A DNA stretch of 64,000 nt. Origin: Psilocybe cubensis. Taxonomy: Eukaryota. The stretch's first letter is position 1, and each line of letters starts with the position of its first letter. The stretch is from positions 2,852,001-2,916,000 of the forward strand of contig CM039002.1 in NCBI GenBank assembly GCA_017499595.2. Direction: 5' to 3'. Positions 25,571 to 38,600 of the stretch are shown in pieces. The position numbers and the translations under genes were made by a program. The notes below the pieces were generated by a model that made no database searches, was not told where the DNA came from, and was given only the letters and a program-made list of their open reading frames with translations.

Positions 25571-26661
25571 CTTGCAATCCTGCCATCCAGACGCTGTGAA
25601 GGGTTCTTCTCTTCGACTTTTTGTGAGGTGGCATGAGTAAACTCCTTAAGACTTCTGAAATGCGCTTGAGTTTATTTATGCATCAAATGCGAAGCCTTCC
25701 AGAATGCGGATGTAGTCCGAATCATGGTGTTTATAGTTAGAAATTGAACTGAATCGTATGTCCCTGAATATCGCAATCAAATACGATAGAAGCACAAGCA
25801 AACCTGAAGGACGGACATCGATAGGCTTCTGTCCGCGTATCCACATAAAAATCGCTAGTGAAACCTCAGAAGCTGATAGGTGCCTTCCAATTCGAATCGA
25901 TGAGCTGGCAAAGAGTGAAGAACTGGTAAGATCTTAGTTGTTCGACACAGAGGCCTATCGACCGGATTCAGGCGAGAAATGAAAGACAACAGTGGCAAAG
26001 GCGCCTCCCTTGCACGTTCAGAAGTATCCCGAGCGTTGCCTCCGCATGCACGAAGATGGTCAGAGTCTCTTGTCCGTTTCACATCAACGATCGCTTTGAG
26101 CCTGCTTCGCCTCTTCCCTCTGCTTTCGTATCCGTATATTAAAAGTATGGAAGTACAGTTTGAGGCCTGACTGAGTCAAAAAAAATGAAATGAGAAGGTC
26201 TCAGTGTCTCCTCGTTCTCTAGGCCTTTCAAGAGTTTGGCAGTCGTCTATCCCAATCAACTATTGGGTTTCACCCCCAAATCGTTTTACTCACCTTTGCA
26301 TTCTCCATCCCATATAGGCTTTATCCGATGAATTACTTTTGATCCAGCTTCTCTTTGGACGAAGACGAGGTAGAAATGCACGGTAAAGAACAATTTTCTC
26401 TTGAACGCGCGCCCACAGACGCGTGACTGCCGTTTTCTGACAATTGACAAATCATTATTTAAATTTAAGTTCAAAGTCCGACGAAATTGTTGCAACGAAT
26501 TTAAAAGTCCATTTCAGCTCCGCCTGATATTTAAATGCTTTCTTGAAGTTGAAGCTTATTTTGTGTGATGGTTTGCACAAGAAATGTATCTCTTAATTGA
26601 ATTCTGAACTATACTCCTCCGAATTTCGACAAGAAATACAGGCTGAAGGGAAGAGTGCGGA

Positions 26662-29122
26662 TTAATACACATACTATCCATTGATATGAGTTCCCATCTA
26701 CAAATGAAATATCAGCCCATTACTCACTATAAACTCTTCATTCTCCAGGTCAGTCAGGTCATCGAAAGCGCGGGCGCCAAGGGCAGACGCTTCTCCGCCC
26801 TTTTCTCCGGAACTATTTTGTATAGCTTCGACTTCTGCCGTCGACATCATGGAATAGTCGACTATTTCTGCAGCTGTATATTCCATCAGCACCAAAAAGC
26901 CATTCAGTGTTACAGAAAAATGATATGTTCAAACCTTTGCCCTTTTTAATACGCCGAGCGCGATTGACGCCGTTGAGGTGCCGAAGATAAAATACCGTAC
27001 ATATCACCAAAATAAATGCCGCGACAAAACAGGCGAGCATTGATGTAATCCCTTCGCATCAAAGGTCGGCAAATCAGTATATTCATGTTTATTGGAGTAA
27101 TGGACCTTTTCGATAGTATGGCTTATCCGCTGGGGAGAAAAGAAGAGGTCCTACCTATATATTTACCTAATCAATCAGAGTTTGGCCCAGGAATGAGAGA
27201 TAGAATGAACCGACCATGCCCCCTGCATATGTGCCCGCCACCATGAATCCGATGGACTGCATTGAAAGGAACAACAGTGAGATATGTAATGTGATCTAGG
27301 TCAAGGCTGCTTACCGTTGTTCGTTTTGTGTGCCCAGCTACATTTGAGGTATGCCAGTTGACTATCGTTGGAGAAACCAGCGTTAGAGTAGAAAATAGAT
27401 AGTATGCAAATAATAGTAATGGCTGATCCCGATGAGTCCTTCCAGTGGAAAGTAGAATTGCTTGCCAAGCAAGGGTTTTAATCAATTTAAGGTTCCTTGG
27501 ATATAACAGAAACCTACTGGCAGAAACGATCGGAGGTGTCAGACCGAAAAGCATAATAGGAAATTTCGAACGAAATCGTTGGTTTGCCCACTTCACGGCG
27601 GGTGAGTGTTCTCAAGAAGAGAGTGGAAACGAAGAAACATACGAAGCCCAAAAAAATAAACGTAACTTGAAGGATCCCAAAGGGAACCATTAAAAGCATA
27701 ACGTCGTATCTGATGACAAAAATAAGTTGTATAACTCAAGGAAAGGGGCCGGCTGTATTACCCGTTAAATCCGAAGCTCCTGATAATCAGGGGACCAAAC
27801 GTAGCAATTCCGCTGTTAGGAAGTGCATACATAAACATAAGGAGCATCCAACTCCAGCTCTTGAAATCCAAGAACATCTCGAAAGCTTGGCTCATTTTGA
27901 AGTTTTTCGTCTCTAAACCTTGCTGGTTTGCCCGAATGCGCTGCCTTTACTTTTAGCGCCTTTGGGGTACTGTAAATAACCTCTGGGCGCTTACCTCAAC
28001 GGCCATGACCTTTTCCTCGGCACTGAGAAAGTCGCTTTTTACGGGGTTATCTGGGAACACGCGAAACCTTGGGGAATTCAAATAAGTCCTAAATCAATGA
28101 ATAAAGAAACTTTGAACGCACGAAATTAACCCTACTATGAAGGTAATTGCTCCGAGTAGAAGAAAGACGATTTGGTATGTGAATAAAACGCCGGTTTTAA
28201 TATGAGCAATGCCAAACATGATGAGACTCCCGAATACGTTCACCCATCCCAGGTTCGAGTACATTGCTTAGTAGGTTCAAAAGCTCAGATCTAGGTACCA
28301 AATGAGAACTTGAACTACTGACCAGCCAAACGAAATCCCTGTTCCTTTCTGCGATACCAGAATTGGATGACAAGAATGAAAGAAGCTTGGACAGAAGCTT
28401 CAAATGCTCCAAGCTACAATCAAAAGTCAATTTGTTGTGTATTAGATGATCGCACAAAACCCACAAAGAATCGAGCGATAAGGAGGCCAACGAAATTTTT
28501 AGCAGCGGTCATACACAACAGAGTCGCTCCCCAACAAGTCACGATCAGCGGGACATATATTGATAGTCTGAATTTGACGAGAAGATAGGAGGAAAGCGGC
28601 TGCATAACGAGCTGGGCGATACTTCAACATGCAATTAGAGTATTTAGACCAAAGAGGAAACGGAGGCATACTATACGATAGATCCCAACAGAGAATAATC
28701 GTCCCCAACAAGATCTGCATCTCTGGAAAGTCCAAAAACGGAGGAAAATGAGAGAATTTGTTTATCGACCACTGAGGCAATACGTGAATTAGAGAAAGGA
28801 TATAAGTCCATGAATGACTTACATTGTAAAAAGTAAATAAAGAAGATAATTGGCATAATGCTTGATGATGGTTTAGACAGAGACCTAGGCGAATATAAGG
28901 AGAAATGACTTACTGCCGATCTATCTTGCGGAGGAGGCGAGCATCTTCTTGAGCACTATAATGACGCTTTGTACTATCAAGAGACAAGATTCCAAGGGCT
29001 TCGTCTTGTGCACCCTTATTGAAATTGTCCAGAGGAATTTCGTCCACGATCGCGTCCAAAGAATAGGACGGATCCTTCTCTGCAACGTTATGCTTCATCT
29101 GAGGAGATATCCTGAGGAGCAT
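26662..29122 (-). CDS. MFS transporter, anion:cation symporter/DAL5 (allantoate/dipeptide permease) family
   Basis: RLLRKID, DYSLLGSIVY, ARFF-G-FEA, WYRRKEQGFR, FPDNP, RIRANQQG, SNVAGHTKRTT, GPLLF, DLTDLENEEFIYVY*. Confidence 0.9.
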
Positions 29123-31250
29123 CTAAGCGCTATACCGCAGCAAACCTTTATAGCGATGACGCTGCGGGTATATCCAAGAAGGATAAAAAAGAAAGGCCAG
29201 GTAGTGGTCGGGAGATACAGCAAATGGGCCATACAGCGCAGAGCATCGCGGAAAAAGAACTTCCCAAAGGGTATCTTAATCGCCTATGATTGGAGTTCTG
29301 AAGCCCCTAAGAGGTTCTCCTAAGAGATAGATATAGGTGCTCCAAGAGAGGACGACCGAGATGATAACGATCCGATGATGTATTACATCGTCTAGGGCGC
29401 CACAAACGAACAGTCGAAGGTTATTCCACAGTTATTTTGGCGTGGTAGCTTCCTTTTGGCAGTTAAAGCGTGGGGTTGCGTAACTCCACTAAGCCCGAGG
29501 AAGCCAACCATTCATCGACTCGTTGGCGATGGCACTGGAGTGGCCATGGGCCGATGGAGGTCTGGACTATAAATGGTTCTAGCAGTGATTGATTATAATG
29601 TGTACGATTTGCTCCGTTGGTCTTTGCAAGACTTCATTATACTTTGAATCTATGGAGGGCTAGCCTGAGGATACTACAAAGATTATAATCAAGCTTTTGG
29701 AGGAGGAGACTCCATACATGGAACAGAAAGTAGAAGGTCCTTTAGGCGAGTAGAAATTTAGAAGCATCATTAGAGCGTTGATCTCAGGCATACATCGGTT
29801 ACTTTATGAACCATCAAGTTAGTTGCTCTTTTGACTAACGGCTTTCATCGTGTTAATTGGTGTTGATCCACAGGCACGGCCGAGCCGTTTCAACTATCTG
29901 CTGGCGTCTCGTGGCGTTAATCCCCAATTTTCAGTTCCGGCGTCATCATCTCCTAAATGAGCATGGGAAATTTCGTCCCTCCACAGCGATAGGTAAAAGT
30001 ACTTCCTTTTTGTCTGTAATAACATTATCATATCTTATGTAGACCCTTCTGTGAGTGATCGTTATTCATCACCATCTGGACTCCTCGGGAAGCTCTTAAG
30101 CGATACTTACTACTGGTGTCCATTTCAACCGGATTTGAAGCTTAAATGTATGGAGTTGTTCCTCAATGACTCTGCAATCAGTACAGAGCCATTAAATCAA
30201 ATCAGCCGCCCTGTGGATTCTTAAATAGCCATCCTTCCTACACTAGTATAGTCAGGCCAGAACTTTATCCAGTTTCAGCGTGACTCTGGAATTTAAGCCA
30301 ATTTATTCATCAATTTCAAGTCTTGAAGGTATGGATTTTGGTCCCTGACCAGTGTATCTGTAAACCTTGATGGTCAAATACACAAGCTTCATCATATCCA
30401 CTCGCTCCAAATTGATACCTCCTCAATCCCGGAGTGTGAGAAACGCTGACAGTTGATCACGTCAATTGGATAAAAATTAAAATTAGACCATCGCCATCAA
30501 ACTACGAGCGCCTAACTTAACTGATTCTATGCAACAATTCTACATAGAGTGGATATTCCATTGAACTGATTTGGAAAGTATTCAGCGCTTGTATAATGAA
30601 CCATGGTACCACCCTGTCTCTCAATGATTCTTCGCTCTTTTTTCTGCTGTGATCCGTCTTAAATTGTTTTTCCTAGTGATTCCTGACATTTCACTTCTCA
30701 TGACTTATAACGACTCGGAGATTCCGATAAAAGCACCAAGACAGAACCAGCAGCAACGCAACTAATTCATAATGAAAGGTGTACGTACCTTTGACCTCCG
30801 TTGGTCGGGTTCACTACTCCGTCGTCAACGGAGCGGCGGGATACTGGCGGGATACAAAAGGATACAGAGAGCACATCAGGTAACACGTGGTGAATGTAAT
30901 CACATGTTATAAGTACCGAACATTCTCTTGGAATGTTCCAAGTTGGATAGCTGGTGATCATCCATGTAGTTAGGCGCGTGACCCCTATAGTAAATGTCGG
31001 GTAATCGAGGCAATGGGCCTGAGAATAAATCTTGGTTTTCCGTTGAATGTTGTCTACGTATCGTCCCAGATCGTCCCAAACTAGCGGCGCTTGTTCCTAT
31101 ACGACCCAGGGAATGCTGACATGATATCTTGATAAAGAATGGCCTTTGCGTCCATGAGGTCGTGAGCAGAAAGGTACATGTTAGGGGTATATAATACGCG
31201 CCTAGCAAATTACAAAACTATGGTTTGTTCCCAGGTTCCTTTTGTCCGCG

Positions 31251-32905
31251 ATGTTGGACTACTCCAATGTTGATGATTTAGTATTCACGATAAACTCAAC
31301 TCGGATCGTTTCTGTAAGTCTTTTTTGGTTTATGCGTAGCATCGCTAACTTTTACTCATTACAGTACATTAATGGTGAGTTCTAGAATGTCGGGTGCTTG
31401 GGAGAATCACATTGACTTGCTGGGTAGCGGGATGCATAGCAATTTTGGTGAGTTAAATGTCTAATCATTGGCTTGGAAATTTTGATATATATTTACCTCA
31501 AGTTCTACGATTGCTTCGATTGCTTTGAAAAGGAGGTAAACACAATCTGGAAGAAGAAATGGACCATGACGAAGTTCATGTATATTTTAACGAGGTATTC
31601 CGCAGTCCTTGAAGGAGGTATTGTTATGTACCGTGAGTTCCACCCGAAATTCGCACAGAAAAACGTACCTATCAATACAATCCATTAGAGTTATCAATCC
31701 CGGGGGATTGGTACGACGATTGCTCATTCGCCTTCAAGCTCAACGCTTGTACGTCTTGCATATTTTTTGACGTATGGTATCATGACTTCTCTACAACGGT
31801 ATTTAGGGATGTTCGTTTTCGGCCTAGGCGTTGGAGAAGGTGTGTGGCATGCTGTTTTCTCATCCTTGAGCGATGCTCAGATCGGAACACGCTAGTTATC
31901 ATGACCATCAGGACTTGGGCAGTCTGGCAGAAAAACCGTTTTCTGATGTTTGCACTTCCAATATTTTATGTCGTTGTTTGGGCAGCTGGGTTTGCCACAA
32001 CGGCTTTGTTCTTGCAAAGCTTAGAATGTGAGTAAACGATGTACTTCTTCTCTTACGTGGCAAGGCTGAAATTCTGGCTTTCTTCAGTCAAACCTAACCC
32101 TCTGACGCCATATGTTGGCTGCTACGCAACATATACAGACCCGATTATATTTATATCCTGGGTACTTCTTCTCTTCTACGACGCAGGTGCGCAGCTCGTC
32201 ATCATGTTACAACTCCCAAGTTACCGCAAAATATTTTAAACGCTGATCTCTACTATGCAGTCATGTTCGGCTTAATGGCTGTACCTGCCTTTAAAGCTTG
32301 TTGGTGCACTTTCTATTTTCTGTGATTGAATCCGGGAATACTCAAGTATCTTCTACTTCAGTCCGCGCGGGAGGTACTCCAAGACTTATGATCATCGTTT
32401 ACAGAGATGGTAGGCGATGTTCTTATCATAAATCGCGACGTTGAATGATCAAGCTATTTACGATAGGAGTACTTTATTATCTGTATTTGTTCGGTAAGCC
32501 TATAGATGCCATCGTTATAAAAAATTCAAGGTGATTGATGCAAGACCACTTAATTCACAGCACTGTCGGCGATGAATATCATTGTCACACTATCGTTTCC
32601 CGTACGATGATCTACTTATTCCTCCATGACAACAACACGCTGAATAATTTGTAGACCGCTCTCATCCTTCTTTTTTCATTGTAAGTCTTGAGTACGCATT
32701 ATTCGTGATGGCGGACCCTGAATAACTTGGCCGCAGGTTGTCGCGGATGCTTCACGCGATTTTAGCATGTCGGATAGTATTAAACATCCACGAACATGGC
32801 CAGCGTGTTCTAAATTCCCAAGAACACGTCCGCCAGGAGTCTCGGCCAACCTATAATCGGCAGGGATTCGCACCAAGACAACAAAGCGTGTATATTAACA
32901 ATTGA
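31251..32905 (+). CDS. DUF6533-domain multi-pass membrane protein (agaricomycete-expanded family)
   Basis: YDCFDCFEKEVNTIWKKKWTMTKFMYILTRY, IMTIRTWAVW, IVYRDGVLYY and ILACRIVLNI, with many micro-exons. Confidence 0.8.
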
Positions 32906-32946
32906 ATATTATGTATCTTGATATGCTCAGATTACCATTTGTGACG

Positions 32947-34474
32947 TCAGAGTTCTCCAACTTTCTTCACCCCGACCAGTACCCTTTCGTTTCTTTTCCA
33001 GAACTCCACCAGTATCTCTGCGATTCGTGTTGGATCATCCTGCATAAAATCATTAAATGGCCGCACTTTGATTTGCCAAGGAAAACGGTAAATACCTCAT
33101 GTAGCATATGACCAACTCCTGGGACCACAGTCTGCTGGAATTTACCTTGCATTTGGCCGATCATCAATTCCTTGTCAAGACGATCTGTACCCGCTAGAAC
33201 AAGTAACCGAGCTGCACGAGTCGATAGGAAATTAGTTGACAGTCCTTTGAACCAACCTGGAAGCCTATCAGGAGATAACTTCGGAGTAATGTGATATGTA
33301 ATTCACTCAGCCAATAGGGAGCCGTTGATCGTAAAGTAGTGCGCCACTGATATGGGGGTATTGCTCCTTCTTTGAACTGGATGATAGACGGAATGGATAC
33401 CCGAGCCGATAATACGTTGAGAATTGTGTTCGTTGAGACGCTGAATAGGATTTTCAGATCTAAGCGGACAAGCATAGAAAAGTTACATACTGCCATTCAA
33501 TTGCTTCCTCCATGCTATCAAATCCATCTGGCCGAGCATTGAGGAGGCTATTCATGTGCGGAAGGGCTTCAATCGCGGAACCTGCCGCATCTTGCATCAG
33601 TCAAATGAGATGTAAGACATTTCACATTTTCGTGCCTTCGACGACGTCCAATACCGCAACTCCAGCAATTCGATACTTTGCATCCAGAAGCTTAGGGCAG
33701 CTTCTAACAACCACTGAACCACCCATACTATGGCCAATAAGCTATAATTTTCATATTTATGAAGGAAAAAGCTATACAAAATTATAGGATGGACGTACTA
33801 GTAGCGTGGGGGCAAACTCCGGCAATTTGAATACAGTTTGCATGATGGCACAGAAATCGGCCACCAAGACCTCAATGGATAGATCGCCACCGTCCTCGTT
33901 CGTTGAGGTCGTTTTTCCTGTATCACATCATCAGACACGTGTAGCATTGCAGATCATTCATGCGCGAATACCGTGTCGTCGAGCGTCGAGAGAAAGAATT
34001 CCACATTCCCCTTTTGTCATTTCAGTGACCTCTTTCGCGAAACACGCAAAGCTCAGTCCAGAATACCCGGCCCCGTGATGGCAAACCATGACTGTGCCAT
34101 CTTTAAATTTGGGAGGAGTGTAGTACAAGCGACAATCAAGCTTTCTGTCAGGTATATCGACCTGCAAAGCCTCCTGGAAGAATCCCGATGCAGATATAGG
34201 AGCAAAATCAGGGTTTGGTACGCGCTTCACTCGAGAGCGGTGTTTGCTCGCAGGCCTTTCAGATCTCAAATAAATGTCGGAAATATTGATACGGTTATAA
34301 TACGACTTGCATAGCTGGAGGTCCTAGACCACTACCTGGTAGATCGCCTATAATATCATCATCCTCTTTACACTCCTCTCCTACATGCTTTGTGTTTGCG
34401 GAGTGTTGGAGCGGTGGAGATTGTGGAAGCTTTGAAGCTCGGGCGCTTATCGCAGACCGATATAGATCAGACAT
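32947..34474 (-). CDS. PPE1: Protein phosphatase methylesterase 1 (PME-1)
   Basis: VCHHGAGYSGLSFA, LDARRHG, GHSMGG, VLDVVEG, LAGTDRLDKELMIGQMQGKFQ and GHMLHED. Confidence 0.93.
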
Positions 34475-34703
34475 ACGAGAAAATATAGAGGTATACAATG
34501 GGTTGTGGTCACTGGTATTGGTTTGCAACAAGGATGGTATGTATTGAAATCTACTTATTTACCTAAAGCTTTCATTTATAATAAATATGTAGTATTGATC
34601 GGCTATCAATTCATTCAGAAGCCGACCAAAGTCAAATTCGCCTCAATTCGCCCCTCTTCTATCTTGAACGTTAATCAGGAGCTTTGGCCACGAACTTTAC
34701 TGA

Positions 34704-35812
34704 ATGACTTCTAGTAATAAATTGCATGCATTGAGCAAAGGAATATACTTGCTCAACCCTGCCAAAACTGCAATAGCGAATGAACCAAAGTAAGCATTTG
34801 TTTACCTTTCTCGTGCTTCTAGTCGATAAATGAGCTACAGGATTATTCTGCTGTTCTCCTGGAGTGGGTATTCTCAGAATCTTGTACACCTCGGCGCTTA
34901 TACAAAGAACAGTGGGTGGCCGATTGACGCATCTAGCCAAGTACTCAAATACATATAATGAACTTTATCCGGGAGCCACACAAATAATAGTCAGGTCTGA
35001 ACCTTCGTTCTTCTGGAGCTCACAAGCTTCGAGAGTATGTTCCAGACTTTAATTGATTACCCACATCTTCTCTCATTCCTCCTACTGTAGAAAAGATATC
35101 TTGAGCCGGCCGTGGAAGCTCTCGAAGCTCTGGGAGGCCTTGTTCCTGTGTCAAAAACGGCAAAGAGTGCACTGTCGATGGATCCTTCACCAAGTATCCT
35201 TGTTCATGCATTTTCCAATGGTGCTATCTTTTCTTCAACATACTTTCGATTGCTTATTGTCATTGTCCAGGTGGCGCATCACAACTTACCACTCTCGGAG
35301 AGATCATTTCATCTCGTGGTATTCCATCGTCCAGTTTGCCTGTATCAGCCCTTGTCCTGGATTCATGTCCTGGAGACGGGGGTGCTGAAGGGACCATCCT
35401 AGCATTCTCAAGTTCGGTCTCTAACCCCCTCGTGAGAGGTATCATCAAGTTCCTCATACGCTTTCTCTACTTTTACGTCTCGCTCCAGCGCAAAATCTTC
35501 CGATCATCTTCCGAAACGGTGCTCGACAAGATGAAAGCACGACTTAACGAGCAACGAGTCCTGCCATGGTTTGACAAAAGTACGCCGCGCCTCTACCTGT
35601 ACTCGACGGCGGACAAGCTCATCCCGTACCGTGAGATCGAGGCGCACGCACAAAGGGGTAAGCAGTCGGGCTTCACGGTCACGCTCGAGAGGTTCGACAA
35701 CTCCCCCCACGTCGCGCATGCAAAGATGCACCCAGAACGGTACTGGGCCGCAATACAAAGACTGTGGGATTCTGCAGCGGAATCAAGATCACAGACCGCT
35801 GATCACCCTTAG
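34704..35812 (+). CDS. DUF829/TMEM53-family alpha/beta-fold protein
   Basis: HLAKYSNTY, ILVHAFSNGG, VLDSCPG, PRLYLYSTADKLIP, FDNSPHVAH and HPERYW. Confidence 0.88.
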
Positions 35813-36792
35813 ACGCAATCAAAGGTGTGTCATCGTCGCGGGTTGACGCTCGCTCGAGTATAAAAATAATTCTTACCCTGCATTTCATCCCAACTTCCAG
35901 CCAAAGTCCCGGGTGTGTCTCTCCAGAGTTCCGAGTTCCTGGTTTTTGACTGTGGCGCCTGTAAGATCTGGAGAGATTTACCATACTGGGATCTACTCGT
36001 AAATGGGAATAAGCTTACTTAGACATGGGTAGACAACAACCTAATATACATTTTAGATAGAGCTGGTTCAGTAAAGCGTATCCAGAGGTTGAATCCTGGG
36101 GGATCACAGGATACTGCAGCTGATCAATTAAAGACCAACCCAAACCAGCGTGCATTAAATATAACATTCGCGTCAGCCTAAACCCGTTAATTAATGTAAC
36201 TAACTCACAAATAAGGCGGGGGAGCTATGATGCAAAGTGGGCACTAGCGGTAGTATAACAGCGCGTGTTAAGCATAATGTTAAAGAACGTGCCTAGTTGT
36301 TACGATGAACATCCAGATAAAAGTTATCGGATTGAAAACTTTCTGAATGCCCTTTGCCCAAGTCTACTAGCTACATATCGCGTCCATACGCTCAACAAAG
36401 TACCCTATACAATTAGCACATGAGCCCATAGAATTTATCCAGGCGTTGACGCCATGACTGAGCCACCAAGAATGTCCCATACTATACGATAAGCTATGTG
36501 GCGCCTCGAGGAACTTGGCGTCGCGTGCGCACTGCGTTTTCGGTGGGTTCTGGAACACAGGTTTCCCTGCACTTCTATCTTGCAGGATCTTGGCCACGTG
36601 AATACTTTAGGTCACGATGGTGCAGGGAGTCAGGTATAGCTGCATATTTCAAAGATGGTAAGAGCCATGCATTCAAATATTACGGAGGTCTGCGAAAGGA
36701 AAGGATTGCAGAAAACATAGAGTAGGAAAGAAACTAGTGTCCGAGAGATGCCTCAAAGTCCAAAGATGATTTGTGTATCCGATCATTATAGG

Positions 36793-38600
36793 TTAGGTAG
36801 GGCGCCGGTGGGGGAAGACAGGAAGGCGACGCTTGTCGCGTGTGTTGTCGCGTCTCATCAATGGAGAGACTGTAACGGTAGGAAGGGGCTTGCAATTCGA
36901 CGATGACGCAGCCGGGTGAGCAGTGGGTGTGGGGCTGGTTCCCTGGTGCCATGTGCTTGTCCCATAAACGCCCATAGGGAGACTGGAGAAAATGCAAAGG
37001 CTTAACCATATGATCGTGAGATCAAGATTTTCGAGGCTTACTCTGAATCGCCATCACAGTCCTCGTACACATGTGAATCATAGTTAGCTGGCATGTTCTT
37101 TTTTAACTCTGGGTCAGCATGTAACAAAGGGCAAAATGGATATGTTACGTACCCAGGAACATCCCATGACGTCGTAAATGTGGTTGCACAGGACAGTCGC
37201 ACGAGGACCAACGCAAGCACGGAAACAGAATTCGCTGTCAGAGATAAAACTGGTCCACTCATGGTACTGAAGGCCAGTGCCAAAGGTATTGCCGTAGACC
37301 AGACCACCGACTAACCGAGATCGTTAGGATCATAGCTCCCCAGATTTTTGGATAAACATACTTGGATTTCCTCGGCCTATAACCAAAAATGAGACGTAGA
37401 CATATCGCTAGAATCAGATAACGCACCATCAGCTCCTCTGTTATCCAGTTCACCACCAGCATCTCCCCGAGGGATGTTCATCTTGGTGAAATCGCCCACC
37501 CCTGTGACTTGTACGTACTCAGGGGTCTGGACGAAATGGACGCCTTGCAATGTGCCGTCAGGAATAGTTCGCGCGCCGCGACCAGACTTAGTGCACCATG
37601 CAACTTCATCACGCTCAGTGTCCCCGATAGCACCAAGGGATGCTATAGAATCCAATCACTATGAGCCTTCGAGGTCAGCAGGCCTAAGGAACGCAAGGGA
37701 CGTACGTGGTGCCCATAGACAGAAATCGCTGGCGGAGCTAACGGACGTAAGTTAGTATAATGAAGGCCTGATATGATTGAATGAAGGCGCACTTTATCCA
37801 AATCGTTTGACAACTGGAGGACGGACTTGAGCCTGTTCCGCAGTTGTTTACGCCGGATTGTTTCTCCTGAGAAGTTGTGGGTAAATTCGAGGCGAGGTAT
37901 CCGACTTTCCAGTTCTGGTTAATGTTCCCGTAGGAACAGGACCATAGCTGAATCTATAATGCTCCAAATCATTAGTAGTCAACTTGGTCCTTAGCGTTAT
38001 AGGTCTAGCATACGCGAGTGCCATCTGCTGTGCTGCCTCCAGGAAGATCAATGCATTTGCCCTTGTTGGCCCACGCCAAGCTGTTGTCCCACTTCAGGAG
38101 TCAGGGGTAAGTAATGAACACAGAACAACTCAATGTGCACAACAAAACATACATACCGTGGTGTAAACAAACTGCTGGTTGGCGTTGTTGGAGGTGCATG
38201 TCCAGATTTGCATCTTCGTGCCGTCCACCGTCGTCCCATTTGTAACGTCCAAGCATTTGTTGTCGAAGACTCTGACGGTGCCCCCTGAGAATGTCCACTG
38301 CTGGGAAGGAGAACCGGTGCAGGTTTGAATAGTAACGGCAGCACCGTCTGTGTTTGAGGCCGCTGTGATGCATTTTGCTGAGTGAAAGGTGTTGAGTGCC
38401 TGTAGTTTGAACCCTTTGCCATGAAAGACGTACCACTGGTCAAAGCTGGTTCAATGAGAAGCTGTCCTTTGAAGCTGAAGATATATTCTGTCAGGAGGGA
38501 TATAAACATATAGAGGTGCCACGTACGTCGGTTCTTGCGCGTTGACCAGTACAGCGAGAACGGCAAACGCTGAGAGAGCGCGAATTGCAGGGGAGACCAT
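36793..38600 (-). CDS. Secreted ricin-B (CBM13) lectin fused to a 'macrophage-activating glycoprotein'-like Cys-rich domain
   Basis: Signal peptide MVSPAIRALSAFAVLAVLVNA and ricin repeats (KCITAAS..QQW, KCLDV..MQIWTC..NQQF). Followed by FCLWAP, IGDTE, AWCTK, QVTGVG, GGELD, GNPIGG, CFRAC and CNHIYDVMGC. Confidence 0.85.

Noticed and set aside
29400-30700. Possible decayed gene relic in the long intergenic region
   Set aside because: Short coding-like patches with many stops and no recognisable family.
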